This document shows positions 19,456 through 29,556 of a DNA stretch of 64,000 bases, one piece after another. The notes beneath the pieces are model-generated. The model was not told the origin of the DNA. It searched no databases and saw only the letters and a list, made by a program, of their open reading frames with translations. Position 1 is the stretch's first letter. Each line of letters starts with the position of its first letter. The stretch is from Rubripirellula sp. Lineage in GTDB: Bacteria > Planctomycetota > Planctomycetia > Pirellulales > Pirellulaceae. The stretch is from NCBI GenBank assembly GCA_041740415.1, contig JBGSLZ010000052.1, positions 2,789-66,788 of the forward strand, in the 5' to 3' direction. Both the position numbers and the translations under genes were made by a program.

Positions 19456-21734
19456 ACTCAACTATGAACAACACAGCCGCGCTGCAAAAGATCGCATTCG
19501 TCGGTGACTATCTGCCGCGAAAATGCGGCATTGCAACTTTCACTCATGACTTGCGAGCGTCGATCGCCAAAGCGTCGGAGGCGAAGTGCATCGTTGTCCC
19601 CATGGACGACATCGTCGGCGGCTATGACTATGAAAACGAAGTGAAGTTCCAAGTCGTCGAACAAGAACTCGAAGACTATCGCGCCGCCGCCGACTTCTTA
19701 AATTTCAGCAACGTCGACATCGTCTGTTTGCAGCACGAATTTGGGATCTTCGGTGGACCTTGCGGCAGCCACATTCTGGCGCTGTTGCAAGACCTGCGGA
19801 TGCCGATCGTCACGACGCTGCACACCGTTCTGTCGGAGCCGAGTCAAACGCAGCGCGCGGTCATGACGCAGTTGATTCGGCTTTCAACGCGGCTCGTTGT
19901 CATGACCGAGCGATGCCGACAAACGCTCATCGACACGTACCGCGTCGATAGCCAGAAGGTGGATTTGATCGCGCACGGTATCCCCAACGCGCCCGATACC
20001 GACCAGAAAGTGCTGAAAGAGCAATTCAGTGTTGAAAACAAGTCGGTGGCACTGACATTCGGATTGCTTTCGCCGGGCAAAGGAATCGAGCACGTTCTGC
20101 AAGCGATTCCCGAGGTCGTGGCCAAGTTCCCAAACTTTATCTATCTGGTGCTTGGCGCGACGCACCCGAGTTTGATACGCGAGCAAGGCGAACGCTATCG
20201 GATCAGTTTGGAGCGAATGGCGAAAGAACTCGCAATCACGAAGCACGTCAGCTTCTATAACCGTTTCGTTGAGTTGGAAGAGCTGACCGAGTTCATCGGA
20301 GCCGCCGATCTGTACATCACGCCGTACTTGAATGTCCAGCAAGCCGTGTCGGGCACGCTGGCTTACGCATTTGGGTGTGGCCAGGCAGTCATCTCGACGC
20401 CGTACTGGCACGCCGAAGAATTGTTGGCCGACGGTCGCGGTGTGCTGGTTCCGTTCGCGGATCCATCCGCGATCGCTCGCGAAATCATCGGGCTGCTCGG
20501 CGACGACGACAGGCGGATGGCGATGCGGGCGAATGCCTACAAGCTTGGCCGATCCATGACGTGGGACAATGTTTCCCATTCTTACTTGGCTTCGTTCCGT
20601 CGGGCGAGAGAGGAACGAAGCAGTCAGCGTAAGCCGCTGGCGGTTCGGACGCTTGATGAGCAACCACTGGCGCTGCCCCAGATGCAACTCGATCATCTGC
20701 GGCACCTCAGCGACTCAACCGGCATCGTGCAACACGCGATCTACACGGTTCCCGATCATGCCCACGGCTATTGCACCGATGACAACGCGCGAGCATTGAT
20801 CCTGACGGTGCTACTGGAAGAGCAAGGGAAGGACTCGCCGGACGTGCATTCGCTCGCTTCTCGTTACGCAGCGTTCTTGAATGTAGCGTTCGATCGGGAC
20901 ACTCGTCGCTTTCGCAACTTCATGAGCTACGAAAGGCGTTGGTTGGAAGACGATGGCTCGGACGATTCGCAAGGCCGCGCGTTGTGGGCGCTGGGAACCT
21001 GCATCGGTCGGTCTCGTCGTGCGGGTCTGGCCGCATGGGCTCGCGAATTGTTTCATCGGGCGATGCCGGCGTGTGAGAACACGACATCACCTCGGACATG
21101 GGCGTTCGGGATCATCGGGATTCACGAGTACCTTCGGCGTTACAGCGGCGATCGTGCCGCAGCCACCATGACCCAGCGACTCGCCGACCGACTGATGGAT
21201 ATGTACGCTGCGACAGCCACCGCTGATTGGCCGTGGTTCGAGAACATCACGACGTACAACAACGCGAAGCTTTCGCAATCTTTGATCGCGCATGGTCGTT
21301 GGGCCAATGACGAACGAGCGTCGGAAATCGGCTTGAAATCATTGCGATGGTTTTGCGAAAAACAACTTTCGCCTCAAGGACGTTTCCGCCCGATCGGTTC
21401 CAACGGCTTCAGTCGCGATGGTGGCGTGGCGGCGATCTTTGACCAGCAGGCGATCGAAGCTTATGCGATGGTTTCGGCCTCGATCGAAGCCTTTGAGTTC
21501 AGCAAGGATCCTTTCTGGAGCGAGCAAGCTCACTTGGCATTCGATTGGTTTTTGGGACGCAATGACCTCGGCCGACCGATCTACGACCCGTCAACGGGCG
21601 GCTGCTACGATGGCTTGATGGAAAATCAAGTCAACGAAAACCAAGGCGCCGAATCGACACTCGCATTCTTACTTTCTCTTGTTGAAATGCGCGGGCTTAG
21701 CGCAACCATGCGAGAGATTTCAACCTCCCCTTAG
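19452..21734 (+). CDS. GT4 glycosyltransferase fused to a C-terminal alpha/alpha-barrel-like domain
   Basis: PRKCGIATF, QHEFGIFGG, TTLHT, KGIE, SGTL; C-terminal half has GYCTDDNARAL, GRFRPIGSNG, NQGAEST. Confidence 0.88.
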   Translation: MNSTMNNTAALQKIAFVGDYLPRKCGIATFTHDLRASIAKASEAKCIVVPMDDIVGGYDYENEVKFQVVEQELEDYRAAADFLNFSNVDIVCLQHEFGIFGGPCGSHILALLQDLRMPIVTTLHTVLSEPSQTQRAVMTQLIRLSTRLVVMTERCRQTLIDTYRVDSQKVDLIAHGIPNAPDTDQKVLKEQFSVENKSVALTFGLLSPGKGIEHVLQAIPEVVAKFPNFIYLVLGATHPSLIREQGERYRISLERMAKELAITKHVSFYNRFVELEELTEFIGAADLYITPYLNVQQAVSGTLAYAFGCGQAVISTPYWHAEELLADGRGVLVPFADPSAIAREIIGLLGDDDRRMAMRANAYKLGRSMTWDNVSHSYLASFRRAREERSSQRKPLAVRTLDEQPLALPQMQLDHLRHLSDSTGIVQHAIYTVPDHAHGYCTDDNARALILTVLLEEQGKDSPDVHSLASRYAAFLNVAFDRDTRRFRNFMSYERRWLEDDGSDDSQGRALWALGTCIGRSRRAGLAAWARELFHRAMPACENTTSPRTWAFGIIGIHEYLRRYSGDRAAATMTQRLADRLMDMYAATATADWPWFENITTYNNAKLSQSLIAHGRWANDERASEIGLKSLRWFCEKQLSPQGRFRPIGSNGFSRDGGVAAIFDQQAIEAYAMVSASIEAFEFSKDPFWSEQAHLAFDWFLGRNDLGRPIYDPSTGGCYDGLMENQVNENQGAESTLAFLLSLVEMRGLSATMREISTSP

Positions 21735-21745
21735 ATGGATCGCTC

Positions 21746-23197
21746 GTGCAAGTCAAACGAACCGGAATCGTTCTCTCACCCAACAAACAACGCGTCGTCT
21801 TGCGGCCGTTCCAACCGCCCGGCGACGAACGCAAACTACGCGTGATCGCCCGCGTGTGTACGCTCTCCGAACAAGAAGTTGATAACCAGCTCGCGCATGT
21901 GCTGGAAGAATTCCATGGACGTCATCAAAGACCCAAGGCGTTTTTCGAGCGGCGATTTCGAGATCTTCAACACCGCCTGTTGACCGATACGCCGCTGAGC
22001 GAAAACCGCCGGCTTCTGCTCGGTGCCTATTTCACTCAGGAGTACGCACTCGAATCGGCCGCACTCTTCAATCCCTCGCTGGTGTGGCACCCCGACCAGA
22101 CAAAACTTCCGCCGGGGTCACGACGCTTCGCCATGAGTCTGCGCGCGGTCGGCGAGGGACATGTCTCGTCGATCGTCTTTCGCAGCGGTACGATCAGCCG
22201 CGATTTGCAAATCACGATCGATGAACCCAATCGCTTTGTCACGACGCCGCGCTTCGTCCCTGATTCTTTCTACGAGAATGATCTATTTCGTCGCAAGTTG
22301 ATTGAACTCGGTTTGGGGACTCCGTTCACCTATGGCGTTCTCGCGGAGCTACCGCCTGAGTTCACGCTCGATCAACTCGAAACATGTTTGAAGACGGCTC
22401 TTCGAGAACGCCGGGCACATCACGACGAACTCGCGCCGCTGGTGCAACAAGTCGTGATGCTGGCGAAATCCAATTACGAAATCCAGTACACACCGGATCA
22501 CGAGTTGTCGGAGCGGCTGATCTTTCCGTTCAGTCCGACCGAAACCAACGGCATCGAAGACGCCCGATTCGTTCACTTTCAAAACGATAACGGCAGCAGC
22601 CGATACTACGCGACCTACAGCGCATACGACGGACGGATGGTGTTGCCCCAGTTGCTCGAGACGAAAGACTTTCTGCGTTTCAAAATGCACACGCTCAATG
22701 GCCCGGCGGTGTCCAACAAGGGCATGGCGTTGTTCCCGCGGAAGATCAACGGCCACTACGCGATGCTGGGCCGCCAGGACGGAGAGCACTTGTTCTTGAT
22801 GTATTCCGACATGCTTTACTTCTGGCACAGCAGCGAGCTGATTATCAAACCTACGAACCCTTGGGAATACGTTCAGATGGGAAATTGTGGTTCGCCGATC
22901 GAAACGGATGCCGGTTGGCTCGTTCTGACGCACGGCGTCGGCGCCATGCGAAAATATTGCATCGGCGCGATGTTGTTGGACTTGGAAGACCCTTCCAAAA
23001 TCATCGCACGACTACACGAACCGCTGATCACTCCCAACGAGGTCGAACGTGAAGGTTACGTTCCCAACGTCGTCTACACTTGCGGCGCGATCGTCCACGA
23101 AAACCATCTTGTCATCCCCTACGCCATGTCCGACTACGCAACGACGTTTGCCACGATCGGAATCGCCGAACTGCTCGCAAACATGGTTTGGCAATGA
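21746..23197 (+). CDS. GH130 family protein with long N-terminal extension
   Basis: LFNPS, GIEDARF, NKGMALFP, GNCGSP, GYVPNVVY; no signal peptide. Confidence 0.88.
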   Translation: MQVKRTGIVLSPNKQRVVLRPFQPPGDERKLRVIARVCTLSEQEVDNQLAHVLEEFHGRHQRPKAFFERRFRDLQHRLLTDTPLSENRRLLLGAYFTQEYALESAALFNPSLVWHPDQTKLPPGSRRFAMSLRAVGEGHVSSIVFRSGTISRDLQITIDEPNRFVTTPRFVPDSFYENDLFRRKLIELGLGTPFTYGVLAELPPEFTLDQLETCLKTALRERRAHHDELAPLVQQVVMLAKSNYEIQYTPDHELSERLIFPFSPTETNGIEDARFVHFQNDNGSSRYYATYSAYDGRMVLPQLLETKDFLRFKMHTLNGPAVSNKGMALFPRKINGHYAMLGRQDGEHLFLMYSDMLYFWHSSELIIKPTNPWEYVQMGNCGSPIETDAGWLVLTHGVGAMRKYCIGAMLLDLEDPSKIIARLHEPLITPNEVEREGYVPNVVYTCGAIVHENHLVIPYAMSDYATTFATIGIAELLANMVWQ

Positions 23198-23229
23198 CCG
23201 AGTGAAGACAGCGAACATGCCATTGATCG

Positions 23230-24992
23230 TCATTGCAAGCGATTGAACAGTTCTTGCAGGCGAGCAACGTCGACAGGTTTGACCATGTGTTCGTCGAAGC
23301 CGGATTCGATTGCCAAAGTGCGATCGGTTTCTTGCCCGAAACCGGTCATGGCGACGAAGTGGACGTTTCGCATTTCGTCGCGTTGGCGGAGTTGTTTGAT
23401 GAGTTCGTAGCCGGTCATTCCGGGCATGGAGATGTCGGAGAAAATCAAGTTGGGCTGATAGTCGTTTAAGAATTTGAGCGCGGTGATGCCGCCATCAACC
23501 GACTCGACTTCGTGCCCCATTTTCTGCAGCAGCCGTGTCAAGACGACTCGCAGCGCGGGTTGGTCTTCGACGATCAGAATCTTGAAGAATCGCTGATGTT
23601 CGCGAGAAACGACACTCGGTGCTGCTTGTGCAGTGACTCGCAATTTGGTCAGTGGCAACCGAACCGCAAACAGGCTCCCGTGACCGAGTCCTGCGCTCTC
23701 TGCGATGACGCTTCCGCCGTGCATCTCGACGAGTGTTTTCACCAGCGTCAAGCCGATTCCCAGTCCGGCGGTCCCCCGTTCGAGCGAATCGTCGACCTGC
23801 GAAAACATTTGGAAAATGTCCTGCAAACGCTCCGCTTCGATCCCGATCCCGTTGTCAAGTATCTGGATCACGGCGTATTGATCGTCTTGGCTAACGGTCA
23901 GCTCGATTCGGCACCCAGGACCGCTATACTTCGCTGCGTTGTTGAGCAGATTGGAAACCACTTGCGTAATCCGCGCCGGGTCGACTTCGACAAATGTTTC
24001 ATCGCGTCGACATACCACCTCGAGTTGCTGTCCATTGTCGGAAATGAACGAAGTTGACGCTTCGATTGCAGCTTCAACGATCGACGCCAGATCGAGTACC
24101 TCGCGACGCAGCGCAATCTTCCCTCGACTGATTCGGGAAACGTCCAACAAGTCGTCGATCAATCGGACAAGCTGCTCGACTTGGCGGGCCATGATTTGCC
24201 GCAGGTCTTCCGTATTGCTGTCCAGCTTGGTCATGCCCATGAGCTGGACCGCGTTCTTGAACGGCGCGAGCGGATTGCGCAGCTCATGCGCAAGCGTTGC
24301 TAAAAACTCATTCTTGCGTCGATCGGCCTCGGAAAGTTCCGCCGCCGTGTGACGCAAGCTTTCCGCCAACTCCTGTTGTTCGGTAACATCCGTACTGGTG
24401 CCAAAGATTCGTAGCACTTTGCCGGTTTGGTCGTGGATAGCTTTCATGCGAGACAGAAACCACCGGTACTCGCCGTCTTTGCCTCGCATTGGAAACGTGT
24501 CTTCCCAATCACGACTGTCGCGAAGGTGCTCGCGAAACTTCAAGATCACTCGATCGGAATGTTCGGGGTGATGAACTCAAGCGGCCCAATGCTCGCTTGC
24601 TCTTTGGGATTGTCGGCGGTCAACGACTTCGCTTGATCGATGAAACCGTTGACGGAACGGAGGGCGATCTCGAACGGTTGCAAGTACTCATCGCGACCGG
24701 TAATGATGTAGCCGCGCTGGCCGGTTTCGGCATCCTTCAACGCCGACTCGATGCGTTCCAACGTCAACAAAACTTCGTGCGTGCGACCGACAACGTCGCG
24801 ATTACGTTCCAGAACGGCGAAGGCTCGCCAAGTGATCGCGCCGGTCAGAACTAAAAAGAAAACCACTGTGGCGATCGCCACGGATTCCTGTAAAGACGGT
24901 CTTAGAGAGGGCAGCAGGTTGCTCGGCATGCAAGGTCGGTCATCGAAAAGGGCCATTGCATCCGATTTCGCAACAGATTGCTGCATTGTCAA
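23230..24992 (-). pseudogene. CHASE3-PAS hybrid histidine kinase/response regulator with an internal out-of-frame deletion
   Basis: 24546-24992 encodes TM plus a CHASE3 start (ETGQRGY...DNPKEQ). It joins at about 24577 to a PAS tail (VHHPEH.DRV..WEDTFP..GEYRWFL), then H-box LAHELRNPL, N/G boxes and a receiver domain. Confidence 0.85.
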
Positions 24993-25087
24993 ACTGCAAG
25001 CTCGGCATTCTCACGTATTTCGCAAAACTCAACAAGTTTCCCGCCGATGCCGGGCGGCCGAGCATTACCACACATGGGTGTGCCAAA

Positions 25088-25130
25088 GAAAAACGCCCTC
25101 AAAAACACGGCGTTTTTGAGGGCGTTTTTC
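25088..25130 (-). terminator. Perfect 19-bp hairpin, terminator-like, downstream of the tRNA fragment
   Basis: GAAAAACGCCCTCAAAAAC-acggc-GTTTTTGAGGGCGTTTTTC. Confidence 0.8.
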
Positions 25131-25135
25131 AGACA

Positions 25136-25153
25136 GCGGAGGACACGGGGCTC
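25136..25153 (-). other. tRNA 3'-end fragment (probably tRNA-Ser type); putative att site
   Basis: Minus strand GAGCCCCGTGTCCTCCGC = end of T-loop, T-stem 3' half, acceptor half GTCCTCC and G discriminator; the rest of a tRNA is absent. Confidence 0.6.
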
Positions 25154-25391
25154 TGCGAAACGCTTCCTGTAAGTTGTTGCTGAGAAAGCACTTCCAAAGG
25201 CGAGTCGTTTTCTGCCAATGACTTACGGATATTCATCTGTGGTCAGATGTGTTCACGTGCTCTCGCCTGTTGTCATGGTTTTTGTCCCACTGGGCCAAAC
25301 GGTTTGGCGTCGACTCTGAATGGAGTGATGTCATGCGATACGGACATGTTGAAGTACCGCCACAGAAGAACGGAACAACCGGGATACCTCT

Positions 25392-25879
25392 CAGGGCTGC
25401 CTTACCGTCTTTGTGATCGTAGCTTCGACGCAGTGTCTTCCCGTCGATTGCGATGACTTGCCCGTCGGTGATCTCGTGCAGTTTTGTCAGCCAAGCAAAC
25501 AAGCAGCGCTCAAATTCGTCGGGCTTGATGTGCTTAAGGATCGAGTTGAATCGATCATGCGATGGGACACCCGAACTCATATCCAAGAACTTGGCGAACC
25601 AATTTTTCTTCGTGTTGACAAAGTGAGCAATGGCGACGAAGTCATCGGCACCAGCGATTACCGCACAAATAGTCATGAAGAGAATATTGGTCAGTGGGTA
25701 AGTGATCTTCCCAGTGCGCGGGTCCGTGACATTGCTAAGATGCTCGGTGAGACTGGCGGAACGTTCCAAGGCGATGACTCCAGGGCAAGATGCATCACCC
25801 GGTCGCTCATCGAACACTCAAACCCAAAGCGATGTCTCACCAAGTTTCGCAAAATACCCATCGTGGCGCAATCGCCCTG
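25392..25879 (-). mobile_element. Truncated ISAs1-family element
   Basis: End CAGGGCGATTGCG at 25879-25867. Transposase N-terminus (DPR..K..YPL.NIL...AGAD, PSHD.F, IAIDGKTLRRS) stops matching after GKAAL at about 25392. Confidence 0.88.
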
Positions 25880-26252
25880 GCAGTCACGGCCCGCGAAAGC
25901 AGCCGCAGTCTACAAGCCCGCGTGCAAAGCGTGATGCTCTGTCAGCGGTTCAAACGCCGGATAGGACAGTGTGAGGCTCTTGAGCTTCGGATAGCTACCA
26001 GGGTGGCGAGACTGAACCATCAATGCTGACCGAGACGTGCTCGCAGCAACGACAAGCCATCGGACTTTGAGACTCACAAAAGCTACCATCCGGTAGTGCC
26101 GTTAGAAATATGCACGCACCTCGCCAAGGCGAGTCATTTCAAGTTTGACCATGACAGTGCTTTGATTTCTCCACCTTTGATTTCTCCGCGGGTGGGCGTA
26201 TAGTCAATTGCGTGGTCTGAAGTGTCTGAATCCGAGCTTTGGAGGTAGTGTC

Positions 26253-27782
26253 ATGGCTGTTGATAAGGACTTGCTGAAGTGGACGATGCGATTTTTCCAG
26301 GTCGGACATGAACAAGAGCCAAAGTGCAGGTCATTCATTTTGACCGTCCTGTTCTCGCTGACGTTATCGTTGCCTTATCAGTCGCCGATTCTGGCGCAGG
26401 TTGATCAGCGACCTATCAGACCGTGGGTTCAAGAAGTCCTTGAGGGCCGTGAAGACCAAGAAACATATTTGCCCGAGACGCCTGCGGTAAAAGCCATCAC
26501 GGAACGTGGCGGAAATGCTCTTTTTGATGAGTTGATCCCCTTGTTGAATCACCCAAATACTCAAATTCGATTGCGCTCTGCACAGATTTTCGGGCACCTA
26601 CAAGAATCGCGAGGGCAAAATTTACCCGATAGAGTCTTGCAGGGATTGATGCAAACCCTGTCCGATCCCGAATACAATGTAAGGGCGTCAGCAGCATCTG
26701 CGATCGCTACCTTTGGCGAACGAGCTGTTCCGCTATTGATTAAAAATCTTGACAACAGAAACCGCATCGTACGCTTTTGGTCGATCGATGCACTTGGAAA
26801 GATTGGTCCACCCGCGAAAGAAGCTGCGCCTTCACTGATTAACACGTATCGTACGGGTGAGTCTCCGTATGGCTACCCAGGGACTTTCGAAGCAACAGAT
26901 TACCACCAAGACGAGAACAATTTCAAAGAAGTTGCCGGGAGTGCCCTAGCCTATATTTGGGTCGATGCTGACTCTGTCCCTCCGTTCCTGATTGAGCAAT
27001 TTGATCTTGAGCCGACTAGTGTCGTCTTTCATCTAGCGAAGGTCGGTGCAACTGCTGTGCCCTTTCTCAACAGTCAACTCAAACACGAGGACTTTCGACA
27101 TCGTTGCGCGGCCCTCGACGCGTTATCTCGTATTCCCAACACCGACGACTATCTTCATAGCGCGCTCAAAAACAGCGAAGTCGAGGTGCGGTACATGGCT
27201 GCTGAATTTCTCCGTTGGCGTAAAAACGACACGCAAGAAGCGATTCCGTATTTGCTACCGCTGTTAAAAGATGATGTGCTTAAAGTGAGACGTGCGGCGT
27301 TAGTAGCAATTCTCCATATCGGCACGACTGAGTATGACAAAATCGCGGAAGTAGTTTTGGCAAGTGCCGATATGGAAGACGATGTAGGCTATTTTCTGGA
27401 ATTCGCTCGCGAAGATGCCGCCAATGAAAAGCTTATTCGGATTCTGCTTGTTGCGTATTCTGATGGCAACACAAATATGCAAAATGAATTGTTGTATTTC
27501 TTTGATCTTGCAAGCTTCGATCAAGTCGAACCGATCCTCACTCGTTGTACTCACGACGAGTCGGAAGTTATTGCTGTCACCGCAAAGCAAATGTTGACTC
27601 GAAAGCAAAAGGCAAAGCGGCGAATTGAACTTAGTAATTTCCTTCTGTACAACCACATCCTGACCGTGTCTTACGATAAGCAGGTGGGTTTTGGCGTCGG
27701 TTATGCCATTGGTAGTGCTGTGGCGCTACGAAACAAATTTGAGAGCATATTGATCACTAATACGTTGGAGTTCCTGAGATAG
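26253..27782 (+). CDS. HEAT-repeat protein
   Basis: Repeated LxD/HPxxxVRxxAAxALG units; GGAGG RBS before the ATG at 26253; visibly more AT-rich than the backbone. Confidence 0.8.
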   Translation: MAVDKDLLKWTMRFFQVGHEQEPKCRSFILTVLFSLTLSLPYQSPILAQVDQRPIRPWVQEVLEGREDQETYLPETPAVKAITERGGNALFDELIPLLNHPNTQIRLRSAQIFGHLQESRGQNLPDRVLQGLMQTLSDPEYNVRASAASAIATFGERAVPLLIKNLDNRNRIVRFWSIDALGKIGPPAKEAAPSLINTYRTGESPYGYPGTFEATDYHQDENNFKEVAGSALAYIWVDADSVPPFLIEQFDLEPTSVVFHLAKVGATAVPFLNSQLKHEDFRHRCAALDALSRIPNTDDYLHSALKNSEVEVRYMAAEFLRWRKNDTQEAIPYLLPLLKDDVLKVRRAALVAILHIGTTEYDKIAEVVLASADMEDDVGYFLEFAREDAANEKLIRILLVAYSDGNTNMQNELLYFFDLASFDQVEPILTRCTHDESEVIAVTAKQMLTRKQKAKRRIELSNFLLYNHILTVSYDKQVGFGVGYAIGSAVALRNKFESILITNTLEFLR

Positions 27783-27803
27783 TCCCACCCCGTACTTCCC
27801 GCT

Positions 27804-27914
27804 TGTAACGCCAGCTGCTTGGGTGAAAGCAATGGTTCCAGGTGAAAGCAAAGGTTCCAGGACTGAATGCCACGTTGGGTGAAAGCAAGGGTTCCAGGAC
27901 TGAATGCCACGTTG
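27804..27914 (+). repeat. Direct-repeat array following TGTAACG; possible IS terminal remnant
   Basis: GGTGAAAGCAA(T/A/G)GGTTCCAG at 27822, 27841 and 27878; near-perfect 37-bp duplication 27841-27877 / 27878-27914. Confidence 0.8.
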
Positions 27915-28110
27915 TTAACGGTCGAAGCACCACAGTTAGTCTGCATCACCCTTTGCTTACACGACCCGTATCACCCGATCATTCGTGTCGTGACGCGGTC
28001 CATCGACTCAATGCTTGGCGTACCAATCGCGGCACAACGCCTCGAGAGCGCCCTCAAGCAAGCAGAGATCCCGGTCAAAGCGTACGGAAAAGGCGACAGT
28101 AATCACAGCC

Positions 28111-29476
28111 GGGGCCTGTCCTAAATTTTGTGTCAGTTGAACTTTGGTTCAGGGTTGGTGATCTTTTGGGATTCGGTCGGGGAACAGTATGGCGAAGTGG
28201 TTCAGAGCTTGCTTCCAATGTTTGATCGGACGGGTCCAACGCTTCGATGCTTCTCGGATCGCCATGAAGGTAAGCTTCAACGCCGACTCTTCGCTGGGGT
28301 ACTGTTTGCGGTTTTTGGTGAACTTGCGAATCGTGCTGTTGAGCGATTCAATCGCGTTGGTCGTGTAGGTTACCCGGCGAATCTCCTCGGGGAACTCGAA
28401 CATCGAAATGATGTCCGCCCACTTCGCACGCCACTGTTTCGAAATCGTCGGGTATTTGGCGTCCCACTTGGTTGCAAACGCTTCTAAATTGTCTTCGGCA
28501 ACCGACACGGTCGCACTGGTGTAGATCTTTTTCAAATCCGCCGCGACCGCTTTGGCATCCTTGGTCGCGACGTAGCGAAGGGCCGCGCGAACCAAATGAA
28601 CCAAACAGAGTTGGACCTTGGTTTGCGGATACGCCGTACGGATCGCATCGGGAAAACCGGCCAGTCCATCGACACAGCACACGAAGATATCTTTCAAACC
28701 GCGGTTGTTCAAATCCGTCAAGCACGAAAGCCAGAACTTGGCTCCCTCGTTCTTGGCGATCCAAAGTCCCAAAAGTTCTTTTTTACCGTCTAGATCGATC
28801 CCCAGGGCAACGTACACGGTGTGCGCACTAACCTTTGCATCGGAGCTTCGGACATGCACGACGATGCCGTCCAAGAACACGATCGGGTACACCGATTGCA
28901 AGCTTCGCGATTGCCACGTTTTGAGGTCCGCTTGAAGATCCTCGGTTACCCGACTGACCAAGTCCGCCGAGACATCGACTCGGTAAAGTTCCTTGACGAC
29001 ATCTTGAATGTCGCGGGTCGTTAAGCCCTTGGCATACAGAGCCAGAATCTTTTCGTCGAAGCCTTCGATGCGTCGCTGGTGCTTGCCGACGATCTCCGGC
29101 TCGAAGGTCGACTCGCGGTCGCGAGGAGTCTCGATCTCGATCTTTCCGAAGTCACCTTGAAGCTTCTTTCGCGATCGACCGTTTCGGCAGTTGGCACGGC
29201 CTGGCGATCGATCGGCAATGCCGGACCGGACTTGTCGCTCGGAGTCGAGATGGTGATCCATCTCGGCATCGAGCATGGTTTCTAGGCCTCGCTTCATCAT
29301 TGCCTGAAGCAGGGCATTGAGCTCGCCCATCGAGCTGGCTCCCGAAGCAAACTCGGCGGCGAGTTGCTCGGCTTTGTCTTGTAATTTGGCATCCATGCGG
29401 GTTTCTCCATCAGGGTAAAAGTAGGTAGTTTAGCAAGCTCCATTTGCTTGCAAACACAAACTTCCTGACAAGCCCC
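28111..29476 (-). mobile_element. IS256-family insertion sequence, apparently intact
   Basis: Imperfect IRs GGGGCCTGTCCTAAATTTTGTGT (28111) and GGGGCTTGTCAGGAAGTTTGTGT (29476, reverse); no matching target duplication. Confidence 0.9.
28149..29396 (-). CDS. IS256 family transposase
   Basis: RNG, PRDR, YAKGLTTRDI, FLDG, DGLAG, QLCLVH, TTNAIES. Confidence 0.95.
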   Translation of the reverse strand: MDAKLQDKAEQLAAEFASGASSMGELNALLQAMMKRGLETMLDAEMDHHLDSERQVRSGIADRSPGRANCRNGRSRKKLQGDFGKIEIETPRDRESTFEPEIVGKHQRRIEGFDEKILALYAKGLTTRDIQDVVKELYRVDVSADLVSRVTEDLQADLKTWQSRSLQSVYPIVFLDGIVVHVRSSDAKVSAHTVYVALGIDLDGKKELLGLWIAKNEGAKFWLSCLTDLNNRGLKDIFVCCVDGLAGFPDAIRTAYPQTKVQLCLVHLVRAALRYVATKDAKAVAADLKKIYTSATVSVAEDNLEAFATKWDAKYPTISKQWRAKWADIISMFEFPEEIRRVTYTTNAIESLNSTIRKFTKNRKQYPSEESALKLTFMAIREASKRWTRPIKHWKQALNHFAILFPDRIPKDHQP

Positions 29477-29556
29477 GAGGCACAACCTGCCGCGATGGAC
29501 GCCTACGATCGTTTGCATAGCAACCGCACAGTCAAGCCTCGTTAAGCGAGTTCCCG

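Noticed and set aside
25136-25153. Intact tRNA gene
   Set aside because: Only the 3' 18 nt fit; there is no D-arm, anticodon arm or 5' acceptor strand.
26124-26140. CCAAGGCGAGTC resembling 25194-25206
   Set aside because: Short and gapped; chance cannot be excluded.
27804-27914. Possible CRISPR array
   Set aside because: Repeats abut or overlap with no unique spacers, and there are no cas genes.
29495-29520. Sigma-54-like ACGATCGTTTGC upstream of the HAD gene
   Set aside because: No GG at the -24 position.
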